Part shown: positions 55,458-64,000 of the stretch, in pieces
How the letters are laid out: every line of letters begins with the position of its first letter
Position numbering within the stretch: the stretch's first letter is position 1
Virus record (IMG/VR): IMGVR_UViG_3300042891_001180
DNA from: a virus
Length of the DNA stretch: 64,000 bases
Reading direction: 5' to 3' (one strand)
Program-made: the position numbers and the translations under genes
The notes under the pieces: model-generated
Seen by the model: the letters and a program-made list of their open reading frames with translations, nothing else
Databases searched by the model: none
What the model was told of the DNA's origin: nothing

Positions 55458-56135
55458 TTACTTCTTAATAAGAGACATGAACTCAGCGCGGCAATCGGGC
55501 TCACTCTTAAAGCAACCACCAAGCTTGGCTGTAAGCGTAGAGGAGGAATGATCTTCAACACCTCGACTCTTAACACAGTAATGGGTACCTTCAATGACCA
55601 CAGCAACATCTTCAGTACCAAGAATGAAGACCAATGCATGGTATACCTGCTCAGCAATACGTTCTTGGACTTGAGGACGACGCGAAAAGTATTCTACAAT
55701 ACGATTTAACTTAGATAGACCAAGTACTTTACCTTTAGGAATATAACCAATATGTGCTTTACCATCGATGGTAACAAAGTGGTGCTCGCAGTTAGACATC
55801 ATAGTGATGTCCTTCTCTACTACCATCTCATCATACCCCATCTTATTATCAATAACAGTACACTTAGGAAAGTTCTCTGGTTTCAGGCCCCAGAAAATCT
55901 CACGTACAAACATCTTAGCTACTCTCTTAGGAGTATCCATCAACGAGTCATCGGTCAAGTCAAGACCCAACGTCTCCATAATGACAGCAAAGTTCTTTTC
56001 GATCTTTGCAATCTTACGCTCATCCTTAACCCCAAGTCTATCCAAGACAATAGGTGTATGAACACCTTTAGAGATAAGATATTCTTCTACTTTATAGCCG
56101 AGTTCGGCATCTGTTTTTCCAGCTTGTAATGACAT
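55458..56135 (-). CDS. folE: GTP cyclohydrolase I
   Basis: DTPKRVAKM, CEHHF, GLSKLNR, RPQVQER, HYCVKSRGV. Confidence 0.96.
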   Translation of the reverse strand: MSLQAGKTDAELGYKVEEYLISKGVHTPIVLDRLGVKDERKIAKIEKNFAVIMETLGLDLTDDSLMDTPKRVAKMFVREIFWGLKPENFPKCTVIDNKMGYDEMVVEKDITMMSNCEHHFVTIDGKAHIGYIPKGKVLGLSKLNRIVEYFSRRPQVQERIAEQVYHALVFILGTEDVAVVIEGTHYCVKSRGVEDHSSSTLTAKLGGCFKSEPDCRAEFMSLIKK

Positions 56136-56136
56136 T

Positions 56137-56994
56137 TTAGGTTCCCCATTCATTTTTAAATAAAGGCACTTGAAGGCGATCGCTGTATCGATACCCCTTC
56201 TTCATGGCAAGTTCTGCCACAGCCCGGTTGTTCATATGATATACCGACTCGACACCACCAACAGGCATCAAGTATACCGGTCCTCTAAAGCCAGCTGCAC
56301 GATATGCTTCTACTGCCTTCTCTGCCTCATCTGCATCTTCCTGAGATGCAACTACAAACTTCAAGTACACATAACCCACCATACCATAGTCGGCTACGAT
56401 TTCTGGCTTGATAGCTTCATCCCACTTCTCACCTGATACCGATAACTTAGGAGATACAGAGAACGTTATCTGACGATCAAGGTTACCAGGATGACCCCAC
56501 CCCCATCTTTCAAGATAGTCTTTAAACTCTTTGGAAAGGTCTTGTGTGCCATTGGTCTCAAAGGTAATCTCCTTTAATGATCTCATCTTCGGGTGCTCAA
56601 GCAAGTCAGGGTACGCTCTCTGCCATCCCAGTAAAGGCTCCCCACCTGTAATTACTAGATGCTCTTCTTTCCATTCTTTGTACGGTAGAGAATCCACAAC
56701 AGCTTCGGCAACCGAATTAGTATCAAGAACGGGAGATAGGTGCTTAAAACGAGGATCCCAGCTAGCGTATGAATCACAGCCTGTACTGACAAGCGGTAAT
56801 TCTTTATATGAAAGATACTTCTTAACCTCTGCCGCCACATAGTCAACCTCTTTACTTTGTTCACCTTTAGGCATACCAAAGCCACTGCAGGTAAAGTTAC
56901 AACCAAAGGTGCGAAGGAATACAGAAGGTACACCCATGTACCGACCTTCACCTTGGATGGAGTAGAATAGCTCTGCTACTTTAAGTTTAGCCAT
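56137..56994 (-). CDS. queE: 7-carboxy-7-deazaguanine synthase (radical SAM)
   Basis: FYSIQGEG, FLRTFGCNFTC...CDS, ITGGEP, ETNGT, SVSPKL. Confidence 0.94.
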   Translation of the reverse strand: MAKLKVAELFYSIQGEGRYMGVPSVFLRTFGCNFTCSGFGMPKGEQSKEVDYVAAEVKKYLSYKELPLVSTGCDSYASWDPRFKHLSPVLDTNSVAEAVVDSLPYKEWKEEHLVITGGEPLLGWQRAYPDLLEHPKMRSLKEITFETNGTQDLSKEFKDYLERWGWGHPGNLDRQITFSVSPKLSVSGEKWDEAIKPEIVADYGMVGYVYLKFVVASQEDADEAEKAVEAYRAAGFRGPVYLMPVGGVESVYHMNNRAVAELAMKKGYRYSDRLQVPLFKNEWGT

Positions 56995-57170
56995 TAGACA
57001 AGCTCCTCCGCAATGCCGAGTATTTCAGCAACGATTAAGAGGACACCCGTAGTAATAAGGCTACCGTAGATGAGGGCAATGCCAGCTAGAATACGTAGAC
57101 CACTTTTTACAAAGCTAATCTTACGGTGGCGGTCGGGATCTGGAAGCAGATCAAAGTCAAATTGAATCAT
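56994..57170 (-). CDS. Small 58-aa membrane protein leading the Que operon
   Basis: AGGAG RBS; SFVKSGLRILAG...AEILGIAEELV; TAATG overlap with queE. Confidence 0.7.
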   Translation of the reverse strand: MIQFDFDLLPDPDRHRKISFVKSGLRILAGIALIYGSLITTGVLLIVAEILGIAEELV

Positions 57171-57176
57171 TAGATT

Positions 57177-57236
57177 CTCCTAGTTGTACGTGGAAGGGCA
57201 CGATCCATTATATAGGCTAGTCATAATCTGGATCAA
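57177..57236 (-). promoter_or_regulatory. Promoter and mini-hairpin leader of the Que operon
   Basis: TTGATC-N18-TATAAT, then CGTG-CCCTTC-CACG-TACAACT-AGGAG. Confidence 0.5.
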
Positions 57237-57531
57237 CGGGTTCTGGTGGTTTCTCGATAACATATCTACCGAAAGCCAACCTGGTTTTTTTCAGCTTAGG
57301 AAAGGGTGCAGGAGGCCAATCTGGATTAATCCAAGTTGACTTCTTACGAGGGGAACAGGAGGTATTAATTATAAAGAAACGTTCGCGAGGAACCCCAGCC
57401 TGCTTGCGAGCTTTATTAATATGCTGCCACAGGAAAAGGCCGTCTTCGTCTTCTGGGGTACTCTCATAGGTTTTATCCTCTGAGGCGTAACCATCTTTAT
57501 CTTTAATATAGTAATATACTTTAACAGGCAT
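57217..57531 (-). CDS. Hypothetical protein
   Basis: Promoter TTGACG-N17-TATAAT at 57538-57566 lies so close that the mRNA is probably leaderless. Confidence 0.6.
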   Translation of the reverse strand: MPVKVYYYIKDKDGYASEDKTYESTPEDEDGLFLWQHINKARKQAGVPRERFFIINTSCSPRKKSTWINPDWPPAPFPKLKKTRLAFGRYVIEKPPEPVDPDYD

Positions 57532-57552
57532 GTACCTATTATAAGCTATACC

Positions 57553-58125
57553 CTATTCAACGTCAAGCATTCCTTCGTCAGAAACGGCTTTTTTCTTAGG
57601 TTTTTTTACCGTTCTCTTATCAATATCAATGTTATCTACTTGCTTTCGCATCATTTCTACAATGGAATTCGCAAATTCTTCATTACCGTCAGAATGGGCT
57701 AGTAGCATATCAATATCAATGTTTTCAAGTAACTTGTATTTTGTAGCTTGCTGTTTCTTTTCTTTCTGTATACGTCTTACGAACGCAAAGAAAGTAATTT
57801 GAGTAAAGTAAGCAAAGGGGTTCATACCTCTCTCGGGGTCAAACTTCTCAACAGCAGTCAAGCAGTTCTCTATCCCATCAGAGATCATATCGTCTTTAAA
57901 CGTATAATTAATAAAGTTAGCTTTATATGATAGGTGGGTGGCAATCTTGAGAAAGCACTCACCAATATATTCTGTAACCCTAGGCTTTTCTAGATTACCC
58001 TCTTTTGCCTCTAATACCTTTTTACGATATTCAACTAAAGCTTCAAAAAACTTTTTATTGTCGACGTAATGGGCAGGGGCTTTTTTAGTGGAGGGTACGT
58101 TCTCCACCACTTGACCAACTATCAT
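57553..58125 (-). CDS. gp55: Late transcription sigma factor
   Basis: HYVDNK, YIGECFLKIA, NF.NYT..DDMISDGIENCL, NPFAYFTQI..AF.RRI.KEKKQ. Confidence 0.96.
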   Translation of the reverse strand: MIVGQVVENVPSTKKAPAHYVDNKKFFEALVEYRKKVLEAKEGNLEKPRVTEYIGECFLKIATHLSYKANFINYTFKDDMISDGIENCLTAVEKFDPERGMNPFAYFTQITFFAFVRRIQKEKKQQATKYKLLENIDIDMLLAHSDGNEEFANSIVEMMRKQVDNIDIDKRTVKKPKKKAVSDEGMLDVE

Positions 58126-58507
58126 TATCTTCCTCCTCGGAGATTTCATTATCACTACTATCGTCATCACCCGAGAGTGCTTGTTCAATATCTTCTTCTG
58201 TAGCCATTTTTAAACTATCGTACTCAATAATAAATTGCTTATATTGAGACTCGGCTTTCTCTAACACGTTAGTTACAATTACAACGTTGCGTGCAGGAAT
58301 TCTTAAAACTTCTTTTGCAGACATCTTAAGCCAGGGCTGCATCATATAGGACTCAATAACGCCTCCGGCATAAGGCATCTTCATTGAGTGAATTTCTACT
58401 GGCTCAGAAACTTCAATATACTTCTTATCTGCTAGATCCATACACTCATCTTCAGTAGAGACAATTAAATTCTCCCCACTGGTTAATTTTAAAAACTTAC
58501 AGTACAT
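58085..58507 (-). CDS. Sm-like fold protein between uvsW and gp55
   Basis: KLTSGENLI; position typical of non-T-even T4-like phages. Confidence 0.7.
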   Translation of the reverse strand: MYCKFLKLTSGENLIVSTEDECMDLADKKYIEVSEPVEIHSMKMPYAGGVIESYMMQPWLKMSAKEVLRIPARNVVIVTNVLEKAESQYKQFIIEYDSLKMATEEDIEQALSGDDDSSDNEISEEEDNDSWSSGGERTLH

Positions 58508-59985
58508 TATAGAGATACCTTTACTAATTTGTAGTCAAAGTGCTCATCATTATAGGTCTTAATTCTCTCGATCATATGTAATAATGTATAGTTCTTTCTT
58601 GCTTTCCAAGTCAGATCATCACCAATATCATATAGATTACAAAACGTCTTTGCATCACCTTTTCGTAAACCTCTACCTACCGATTGTAGATTTCTAATCT
58701 TAGACTTCGTAGGAGATGCAAATATAATATTATGAAGATTCCTAATATTTATACCTGTAGAAAATGTACCGTAGGATGCAACAATAATAGCATCAGTCTC
58801 TAACTCCGTAATGCGTCTGATATCTTCTCTATCGGCAGTCTCAGTACCACCGAATACAAAGAATACTTTTCTATCCCCAGCCTTAGCCTTAATCATATCA
58901 AAAAGTATCTGTCCATGTTTCTCTACATACTGAAATAGTACCAAAGAGTTACCAGTTTGTTTAAGAGCAAGATTACGAATGAATTTATTTCTAGGCTCGT
59001 ACCCACAAAGAAAGTCCATCTCATCGGGGTACTTATTATCCTTACAAGCCTTTTTTACATCATCGGGATACTGAAGTATCAGACCAAAGATTCTTAACTC
59101 AGCCAATTGATCGTTATCCATCAACTGCTTGGTAGATGTTACCTTATACACAGAACCGAAAAGACCTTCTAATACTAACCTGTGTGTCTTCGTACCATCT
59201 AATGTACCTGTAGTACCGATACGATAAGGGGTATTAATCATCTTATGCATGATACCAGTTAAGGACTTTGCCTTAAAAGTATGCGCCTCATCTCCATAGA
59301 CTACCTGATAGTTCTCGAAAAACTTCTTAGGTAGTTCGTAAACAGATTGCCATGTGGATATTACTATTGGTAAGAGGTTCTCTTTAGAATGCCCTGAATA
59401 TATACGTGAGCAATTTTCTGATACTTTCCATCCATTGTTTTGAGAGTAAGATTGGAAATCTGCGTACATTTGCTCGACCAAAGAGGTCGTAGGGACCAGG
59501 ATAAGCTGGCGCCTTCCAAACTTTTCATTCCAACGGAGTAGACAGTAGATGATAAGAGACTTACCGGAACCTGTTGGGGACAGAAGAAGGCGTCTTCCAT
59601 CGGTAATTGCTCTATAAACTGCATCGAGTTGATAATCTCTGATGGACTCGCCACCGGGGAGAGATAGGTTAAGTTCATTAATAAATTCCTTCAATTGTTC
59701 TATTGTTACTGAATCAGATTGCTCAATATACTCACTGTAGTCAATTGTGTATTGATTAACTTCGGCAAAATGCTCTAGATAACTTTTTAAACCAACATAT
59801 AACTCTTTTGTAAACATAGAGAAAAGTCTTATCTTGCCATCCCATATCTTGTTACGGAAAAGGGGATGAAACTTAGCGCCTGGAGCATCAAAAGAAAAAT
59901 GGTCAGCCAACTCCTGTGCAATACTAGGATCTGATTGAACGGTTAAGTAGACATTATTTTTCTTTTTAATTGCTATATCAGCCAT
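58507..59985 (-). CDS. uvsW: DNA/RNA helicase UvsW
   Basis: WDGKIRLF, RDYQ, SPTGSGKS, DEAH, TGT, QSVGRGLR. Confidence 0.96.
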   Translation of the reverse strand: MADIAIKKKNNVYLTVQSDPSIAQELADHFSFDAPGAKFHPLFRNKIWDGKIRLFSMFTKELYVGLKSYLEHFAEVNQYTIDYSEYIEQSDSVTIEQLKEFINELNLSLPGGESIRDYQLDAVYRAITDGRRLLLSPTGSGKSLIIYCLLRWNEKFGRRQLILVPTTSLVEQMYADFQSYSQNNGWKVSENCSRIYSGHSKENLLPIVISTWQSVYELPKKFFENYQVVYGDEAHTFKAKSLTGIMHKMINTPYRIGTTGTLDGTKTHRLVLEGLFGSVYKVTSTKQLMDNDQLAELRIFGLILQYPDDVKKACKDNKYPDEMDFLCGYEPRNKFIRNLALKQTGNSLVLFQYVEKHGQILFDMIKAKAGDRKVFFVFGGTETADREDIRRITELETDAIIVASYGTFSTGINIRNLHNIIFASPTKSKIRNLQSVGRGLRKGDAKTFCNLYDIGDDLTWKARKNYTLLHMIERIKTYNDEHFDYKLVKVSL

Positions 59986-59986
59986 A

Positions 59987-60634
59987 TTATTCTTGTGGAG
60001 TTAAATTACCAGCAAGTGATATTCTATAATCGTCGCTTGTATAAAATGGAGTTACACTATGTTGCAACCACGAAGGAAATATAATCATTTTTCCTTCCCA
60101 GCTGTTATCAAGCTGAATATCATAATTTATAATATTGGAAGTAAAGGGTTGCGGGGTGGGGTAATGAAATGAAAATACTGGGCCGTTAAAACGACTACTA
60201 TTTTTATTACTAGGCAAATCTGCTTCATCCTCTAAGTTATAAGGTATTTTTATCCAACCTGTAAAGCTTAAAGCACCAAAATGCTCATGAGCTGGGTTAT
60301 ATTCATATTTTTTTTGAAAATTTATCCATAAATTAAGGGTACCATCACGAGTTTTTGCTATGTTATATTTTCTTCCTGCTTCATAAAAATTATATTGAGC
60401 TTTCCAATATTCAGGTACTATTACTTCAAAAAATTTATTGAATTCTGCTACTGGTGTAGTAAATTTATATTCATGCTCTATTGCGCCTGCTAGACCATAC
60501 TTAAACGTTTTTTGACCTTTAAAATCTGAATCAATAATTTTAATAGATTGGAATTTAACATAATCTAAAATAGATTTTGGAATATCACAAATAAAATAGC
60601 CTAAAGAAACTAGTGGTATATATTCTGATGGCAT
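59987..60634 (-). CDS. 2OG-Fe(II) oxygenase-like protein
   Basis: WINFQKKYEYNPAHEH, FPSWLQHSVTPF, RISLAGN. Confidence 0.8.
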   Translation of the reverse strand: MPSEYIPLVSLGYFICDIPKSILDYVKFQSIKIIDSDFKGQKTFKYGLAGAIEHEYKFTTPVAEFNKFFEVIVPEYWKAQYNFYEAGRKYNIAKTRDGTLNLWINFQKKYEYNPAHEHFGALSFTGWIKIPYNLEDEADLPSNKNSSRFNGPVFSFHYPTPQPFTSNIINYDIQLDNSWEGKMIIFPSWLQHSVTPFYTSDDYRISLAGNLTPQE

Positions 60635-61074
60635 TATAACATCCCGTTAGTAAATTTTGCCCACTCAATACCTGATTTAATATCCCAGGTACGAGAGTTA
60701 AGTGATCTGATTATTTGTTCAAGTGTATAGATAGTAGTCTTAAAATATTCTATCTTATCTTGTAACTCTACAAGAGTTTGATCGCATTCAAGCAACTCAT
60801 CCATTTCATTCTTTAATGGTTTGTTGCCCTGGTATTGTGACCAACCTTCATCCTCCAATTCCTGCTTAGTCATTTCCCCTCTAAAGTATTTGTACTTCAG
60901 ACGTCTGGTGTTAAGGTAGTCAGACTCAGCCTTGCGTAGCTGGAGCTTGGTCTTTGAAAGGACTGTAATGTACTTGGCATGGAGGATAGGAACCCGGGCA
61001 GCTTCGTGCCCAAGGTTCGTTTCATTGATAGGAGCGTCTTTAGTCCACTCCTCCGTCAATTCACTTAATTTCAT
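60634..61074 (-). CDS. uvsY: Recombination mediator UvsY
   Basis: W.KD..I, P.LHAKY, R.W.IK..IEW.KF..G. Confidence 0.92.
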   Translation of the reverse strand: MKLSELTEEWTKDAPINETNLGHEAARVPILHAKYITVLSKTKLQLRKAESDYLNTRRLKYKYFRGEMTKQELEDEGWSQYQGNKPLKNEMDELLECDQTLVELQDKIEYFKTTIYTLEQIIRSLNSRTWDIKSGIEWAKFTNGML

Positions 61075-61092
61075 AATGTAGTTAAGTTAACT

Positions 61093-61959
61093 TTATTCAG
61101 GAAGATCTAAAGTTAGAATCTCTTCTCTCTTCTCTTCTGGTCGAGGTCCAAAACTAATGATAGCTTCTGGGTTACCCTGGAAGCAGAAGTGACCGTAGTG
61201 GTTTAGAGAGATAGAAGGATCAAGCCAAACATCACCACCAATTTCTTGCCAGCGACGGCAGAACGTATAGTCTTCTGAAAGGTATCGGCGATCAATAGGA
61301 TCGATCATAGTATCGAACAATGCATAGAAATGATCCTTCAAGTCAGCATTGGCGATGTTAACGTCGTTATTGTACTTGAGTTCAGGGTAAGCCTTAATCA
61401 TTTTAAGAATAGCTTCACGGCTAATCATCATGAAACCAGTACCGGCATCATGAAGTTTAATCAACCCGTTTTCAACACCAATGGTCTTAGTTTCTTTATC
61501 TACAAACTTAAAGTTAATAGCATAGTCAGAACCGAAAGATGCCATATCGCGATCGGATAACTCTTTACCTTTATTAGCAGGATCAGTTAAGTTAGCTCTA
61601 ATCTTATCCCAGGCAACACCCTTCTTAGGATATGCACCCACAACTACATCTTTCTTGTGAGCATAGAGCTTCAAGATATCTTCGGTCTGAAATTCAATAT
61701 CAGCATCAACGAACATAAGATGGGTATAATCAGATGCAAGAAAGTAGGCTACCAATACATTTCGGGCCCGTGTTACCAAGGACTCATTAGCAATAGTACC
61801 GAACGCGAGAGGGATTTGATGACCGTTAAAGAATGTCATCATCTTGATAACAGAACGGAAGTAAGGTTCGTTTAGCTGACCACCATAGCATGGTGTAGCG
61901 ATAAAGAATTTGTTTTTACGAATCTCTTCAACAGAAAGTTGAACTTGCTTAGTTGCCAT
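61093..61959 (-). CDS. GT-A glycosyltransferase-like protein
   Basis: IATPCYGG, ESLVTRARN, FVDAD, GTGFM, LSEDY.FC. Confidence 0.78.
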   Translation of the reverse strand: MATKQVQLSVEEIRKNKFFIATPCYGGQLNEPYFRSVIKMMTFFNGHQIPLAFGTIANESLVTRARNVLVAYFLASDYTHLMFVDADIEFQTEDILKLYAHKKDVVVGAYPKKGVAWDKIRANLTDPANKGKELSDRDMASFGSDYAINFKFVDKETKTIGVENGLIKLHDAGTGFMMISREAILKMIKAYPELKYNNDVNIANADLKDHFYALFDTMIDPIDRRYLSEDYTFCRRWQEIGGDVWLDPSISLNHYGHFCFQGNPEAIISFGPRPEEKREEILTLDLPE

Positions 61960-61979
61960 AATTTAGCTCCAAAAAAGAA

Positions 61980-62567
61980 TTATAATACTTCAATATCAAA
62001 TAGTTTATATTTAAAAGAAGCGATGCCTACGAAATAATCAACCGAGGAAGACGTTATATCAAAATCAAGAGCTTCCACGGAGATCGGGAAAGTATCTTTA
62101 AAGTTAATATTAGTCTTCGGTACGTTGTTACTATCCAATATAGTTAAAGTTGCATCTGAGTAAGCTATAGCAGTTGAGTTACCAGAAGCATCTCTTACAA
62201 AAGGAAACCTATTTAACCGTTCTCCAGTAAAATTTCTATATTGATTATAGTCGTTTGGAAAGCCAAGTGCAACTAACCATTCGTATAATTCAATGTAATT
62301 TGACATATCTTCAGTAATTAAAAACCGAATTGTAAAGTCTCCAAATAAATTCTTATCTCCTACAACAGGAATATCTAAGAATGGAGTTGGTTGAGTGGCA
62401 AAACCTAAAGTCAGACCTGGTAAATTAGCTGATTGACAGGTAAATGCGACACTCGGAAGATTCTTTATAGAGAATCTAAAAGCGTTCGGTCTAAGATAGT
62501 TAACAACAGGTACTGTCGTTATACTACTTACATCGTTTAATATTGTTGAAAGATTGGCTGTAAACAT
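61980..62567 (-). CDS. gp3: Tail completion and sheath stabilizer
   Basis: NYL.PN.F.F, CQSANLPG, EDM.NY.E.Y.W, YSDATL.IL; late promoter TATAAATA at 62585-62592. Confidence 0.9.
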   Translation of the reverse strand: MFTANLSTILNDVSSITTVPVVNYLRPNAFRFSIKNLPSVAFTCQSANLPGLTLGFATQPTPFLDIPVVGDKNLFGDFTIRFLITEDMSNYIELYEWLVALGFPNDYNQYRNFTGERLNRFPFVRDASGNSTAIAYSDATLTILDSNNVPKTNINFKDTFPISVEALDFDITSSSVDYFVGIASFKYKLFDIEVL

Positions 62568-62595
62568 TATAAGTTCCTTTACAATATTTATAAAC

Positions 62596-62626
62596 AAAAA
62601 AAGGGAGCTTTTTAGGCTCCCTTTTA
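62596..62626 (-). terminator. Intrinsic terminator after gp23
   Basis: Minus strand GGGAGC-CTAAAAA-GCTCCC-TTTTTTT. Confidence 0.8.
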
Positions 62627-62664
62627 ACCCGTTTCCGGGATCCGTTCTTATCGACGGCTTTAGA

Positions 62665-64000
62665 TTACATCAAGTTAGTAACCTTGGTGCGACGATAGTA
62701 TTGGTTACGGTTAGCTGTGAAGGTAGATGCATCAGCAACACCGCCAGCAGAAGTTGTAACATAGGGGTTAGCAATCATACCATAACGGGTCTTGAAACCA
62801 ATCTTTGGCTGGAAGCTGTTAGGATCAACTGCGCGAACCATTTGCAATGGAACGTAAGGGCAGTAGAAAATACCTGCGTCATAAGGTGATGTACCTTTGT
62901 ATCCGGCAACATAGAACTGGTTAGCAGAACCGAGGTTGGCAGAATATGGATCAACATAAACTTTGAAACGACCATTCAACACACCAGCAAATGTGTTACC
63001 AGTGTCATCAACGTTCAAGTTTGTAGACAATGCAGGTGTATAATCCAACACACCGGCCATGGCCAATGCGGAAGCTACGTCAGCAGAGCAAACAATGAAG
63101 TTACCTTTACCACGACGTGTGTCTTGACCAATGTGGTTAGCGTCGCGCTCGATGTTGAACAACAAGCCTTTAAAACGCTCTACAGACCAACGACCGTTGG
63201 AGTCAACGTCAAGGTTGAAAGTACCGGCAGTAGCAGTAGCAGGTGAACCGGCTTTAGCAACTGTATAGATAGTACGAACAACTTCGCGGTTAATTTCAAA
63301 CATAATTTCTTGTGAAAGAATGTTTGACAATTCGGATTCAGCATCCAGACCGTGAACAGCTTTCAAGTCTTGAGCAAGTTCAAGAGTGTATTCAGCTTTC
63401 AGAGCACGTGACTGAGCAGTCACTGTAGTCTTGTCAATTGAGAAACCCATTTGACCGAAGGCGTTAGAAGCACTGTCACCCAAGGCTTCAGCTTGTGCTG
63501 TAGACATACCCTTACCTGTGGTATAACCACCTGCAGTAGGATCTGTACCAGCATGTGTACCGTTGAATGGTGTGCCAGAGTTAGCAAGGGCAGACGTATA
63601 AGATGAAGAAGAGAAATCAGTATCGGCTTCGTTAAACAAAGCTTCTGTTTCTGTTCCAACAATACGTGTATTACCGTATACGGAGCGCATTGCGAAGATC
63701 AAGCCTGTTGGGCCTGTCATTGGCTGAACGCCACAGATGTCATATGCCATCAAGTTAGGCATTGCACGACGTACAAGACCGATTAAGATCGGGTCATACT
63801 TGGCAATACCAGTAGAGCCGTCACCGATACTGTTGGCAGGAGCCAACTCGTTCAGCATGCCGCGCTCTTCTGCAAGAGCTTTCTCTTGGTTCTCTAAAAG
63901 AATGGCTGTAACAGTCTTCTTGTAGTTGTCTTTGATCTCAGGAAGATCGGCGTGCTCGAGAATGGCACCCCACTTCTTTTGGATATTTTCTGATAGGTAC
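62665..64000 (-). CDS. gp23: Major capsid protein; start codon lies just beyond the window
   Basis: Frame open to the edge (YLSENIQKKW...LLENQE); LVRRAMP.L.AYD.CGVQPM.GPTG, SRALKAEYT.ELAQDLKA.HGLDA, FQPKIGFKTRYG. Confidence 0.98.
   Translation of the reverse strand, partial: YLSENIQKKWGAILEHADLPEIKDNYKKTVTAILLENQEKALAEERGMLNELAPANSIGDGSTGIAKYDPILIGLVRRAMPNLMAYDICGVQPMTGPTGLIFAMRSVYGNTRIVGTETEALFNEADTDFSSSSYTSALANSGTPFNGTHAGTDPTAGGYTTGKGMSTAQAEALGDSASNAFGQMGFSIDKTTVTAQSRALKAEYTLELAQDLKAVHGLDAESELSNILSQEIMFEINREVVRTIYTVAKAGSPATATAGTFNLDVDSNGRWSVERFKGLLFNIERDANHIGQDTRRGKGNFIVCSADVASALAMAGVLDYTPALSTNLNVDDTGNTFAGVLNGRFKVYVDPYSANLGSANQFYVAGYKGTSPYDAGIFYCPYVPLQMVRAVDPNSFQPKIGFKTRYGMIANPYVTTSAGGVADASTFTANRNQYYRRTKVTNLM

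Noticed and set aside
48835-56994. Que genes as a tRNA-queuosine supply for tRNA-Asp(GUC)
   Set aside because: No canonical tgt, queA or queG/queH in the window, and the kinase, hydrolases and formyltransferase fit DNA modification better; not excluded by sequence alone

Overview
64 kb of a large, AT-rich T4-like (myovirus-type) dsDNA phage genome, mostly transcribed on the minus strand. Core T4-superfamily genes: gp23 major capsid (5' end cut by the window edge), gp3, uvsY, uvsW, gp55, gp47, gp46, gp45, gp44, gp62 and regA. Accessory modules: (i) 48.8-57.2 kb, a 7-deazaguanine cluster (folE, queD, queE, queC, queF, a stand-alone class II glutamine amidotransferase, a TGT/DpdA-like barrel, a PurN-like formyltransferase, a nucleotide kinase, MazG-like and dUTPase-like enzymes, a PD-(D/E)XK-like nuclease) that predicts formylated preQ1 in DNA, with two preQ1-riboswitch-like RNA leaders; (ii) 13.9-23.8 kb, a 12-gene sugar biosynthesis and glycosyltransferase cluster; (iii) a sulfotransferase and an APS kinase/HxGH fusion inserted between gp44 and gp62; (iv) envelope genes (LpxH-like, GT2, S11 peptidase); (v) six tRNAs plus a tRNA-like ncRNA; (vi) a structured leader with a ROSE-like hairpin upstream of an hsp20 operon; (vii) a putative early region (26-44 kb) of small ORFs behind sigma70-type promoters that share a GTAAC element; (viii) five scattered 2OG-Fe(II) oxygenases and a catalytically degenerate peptide deformylase. 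A proteobacterial, possibly betaproteobacterial, host is inferred only from gene content. All calls come from motif recognition by eye; no searches were run.
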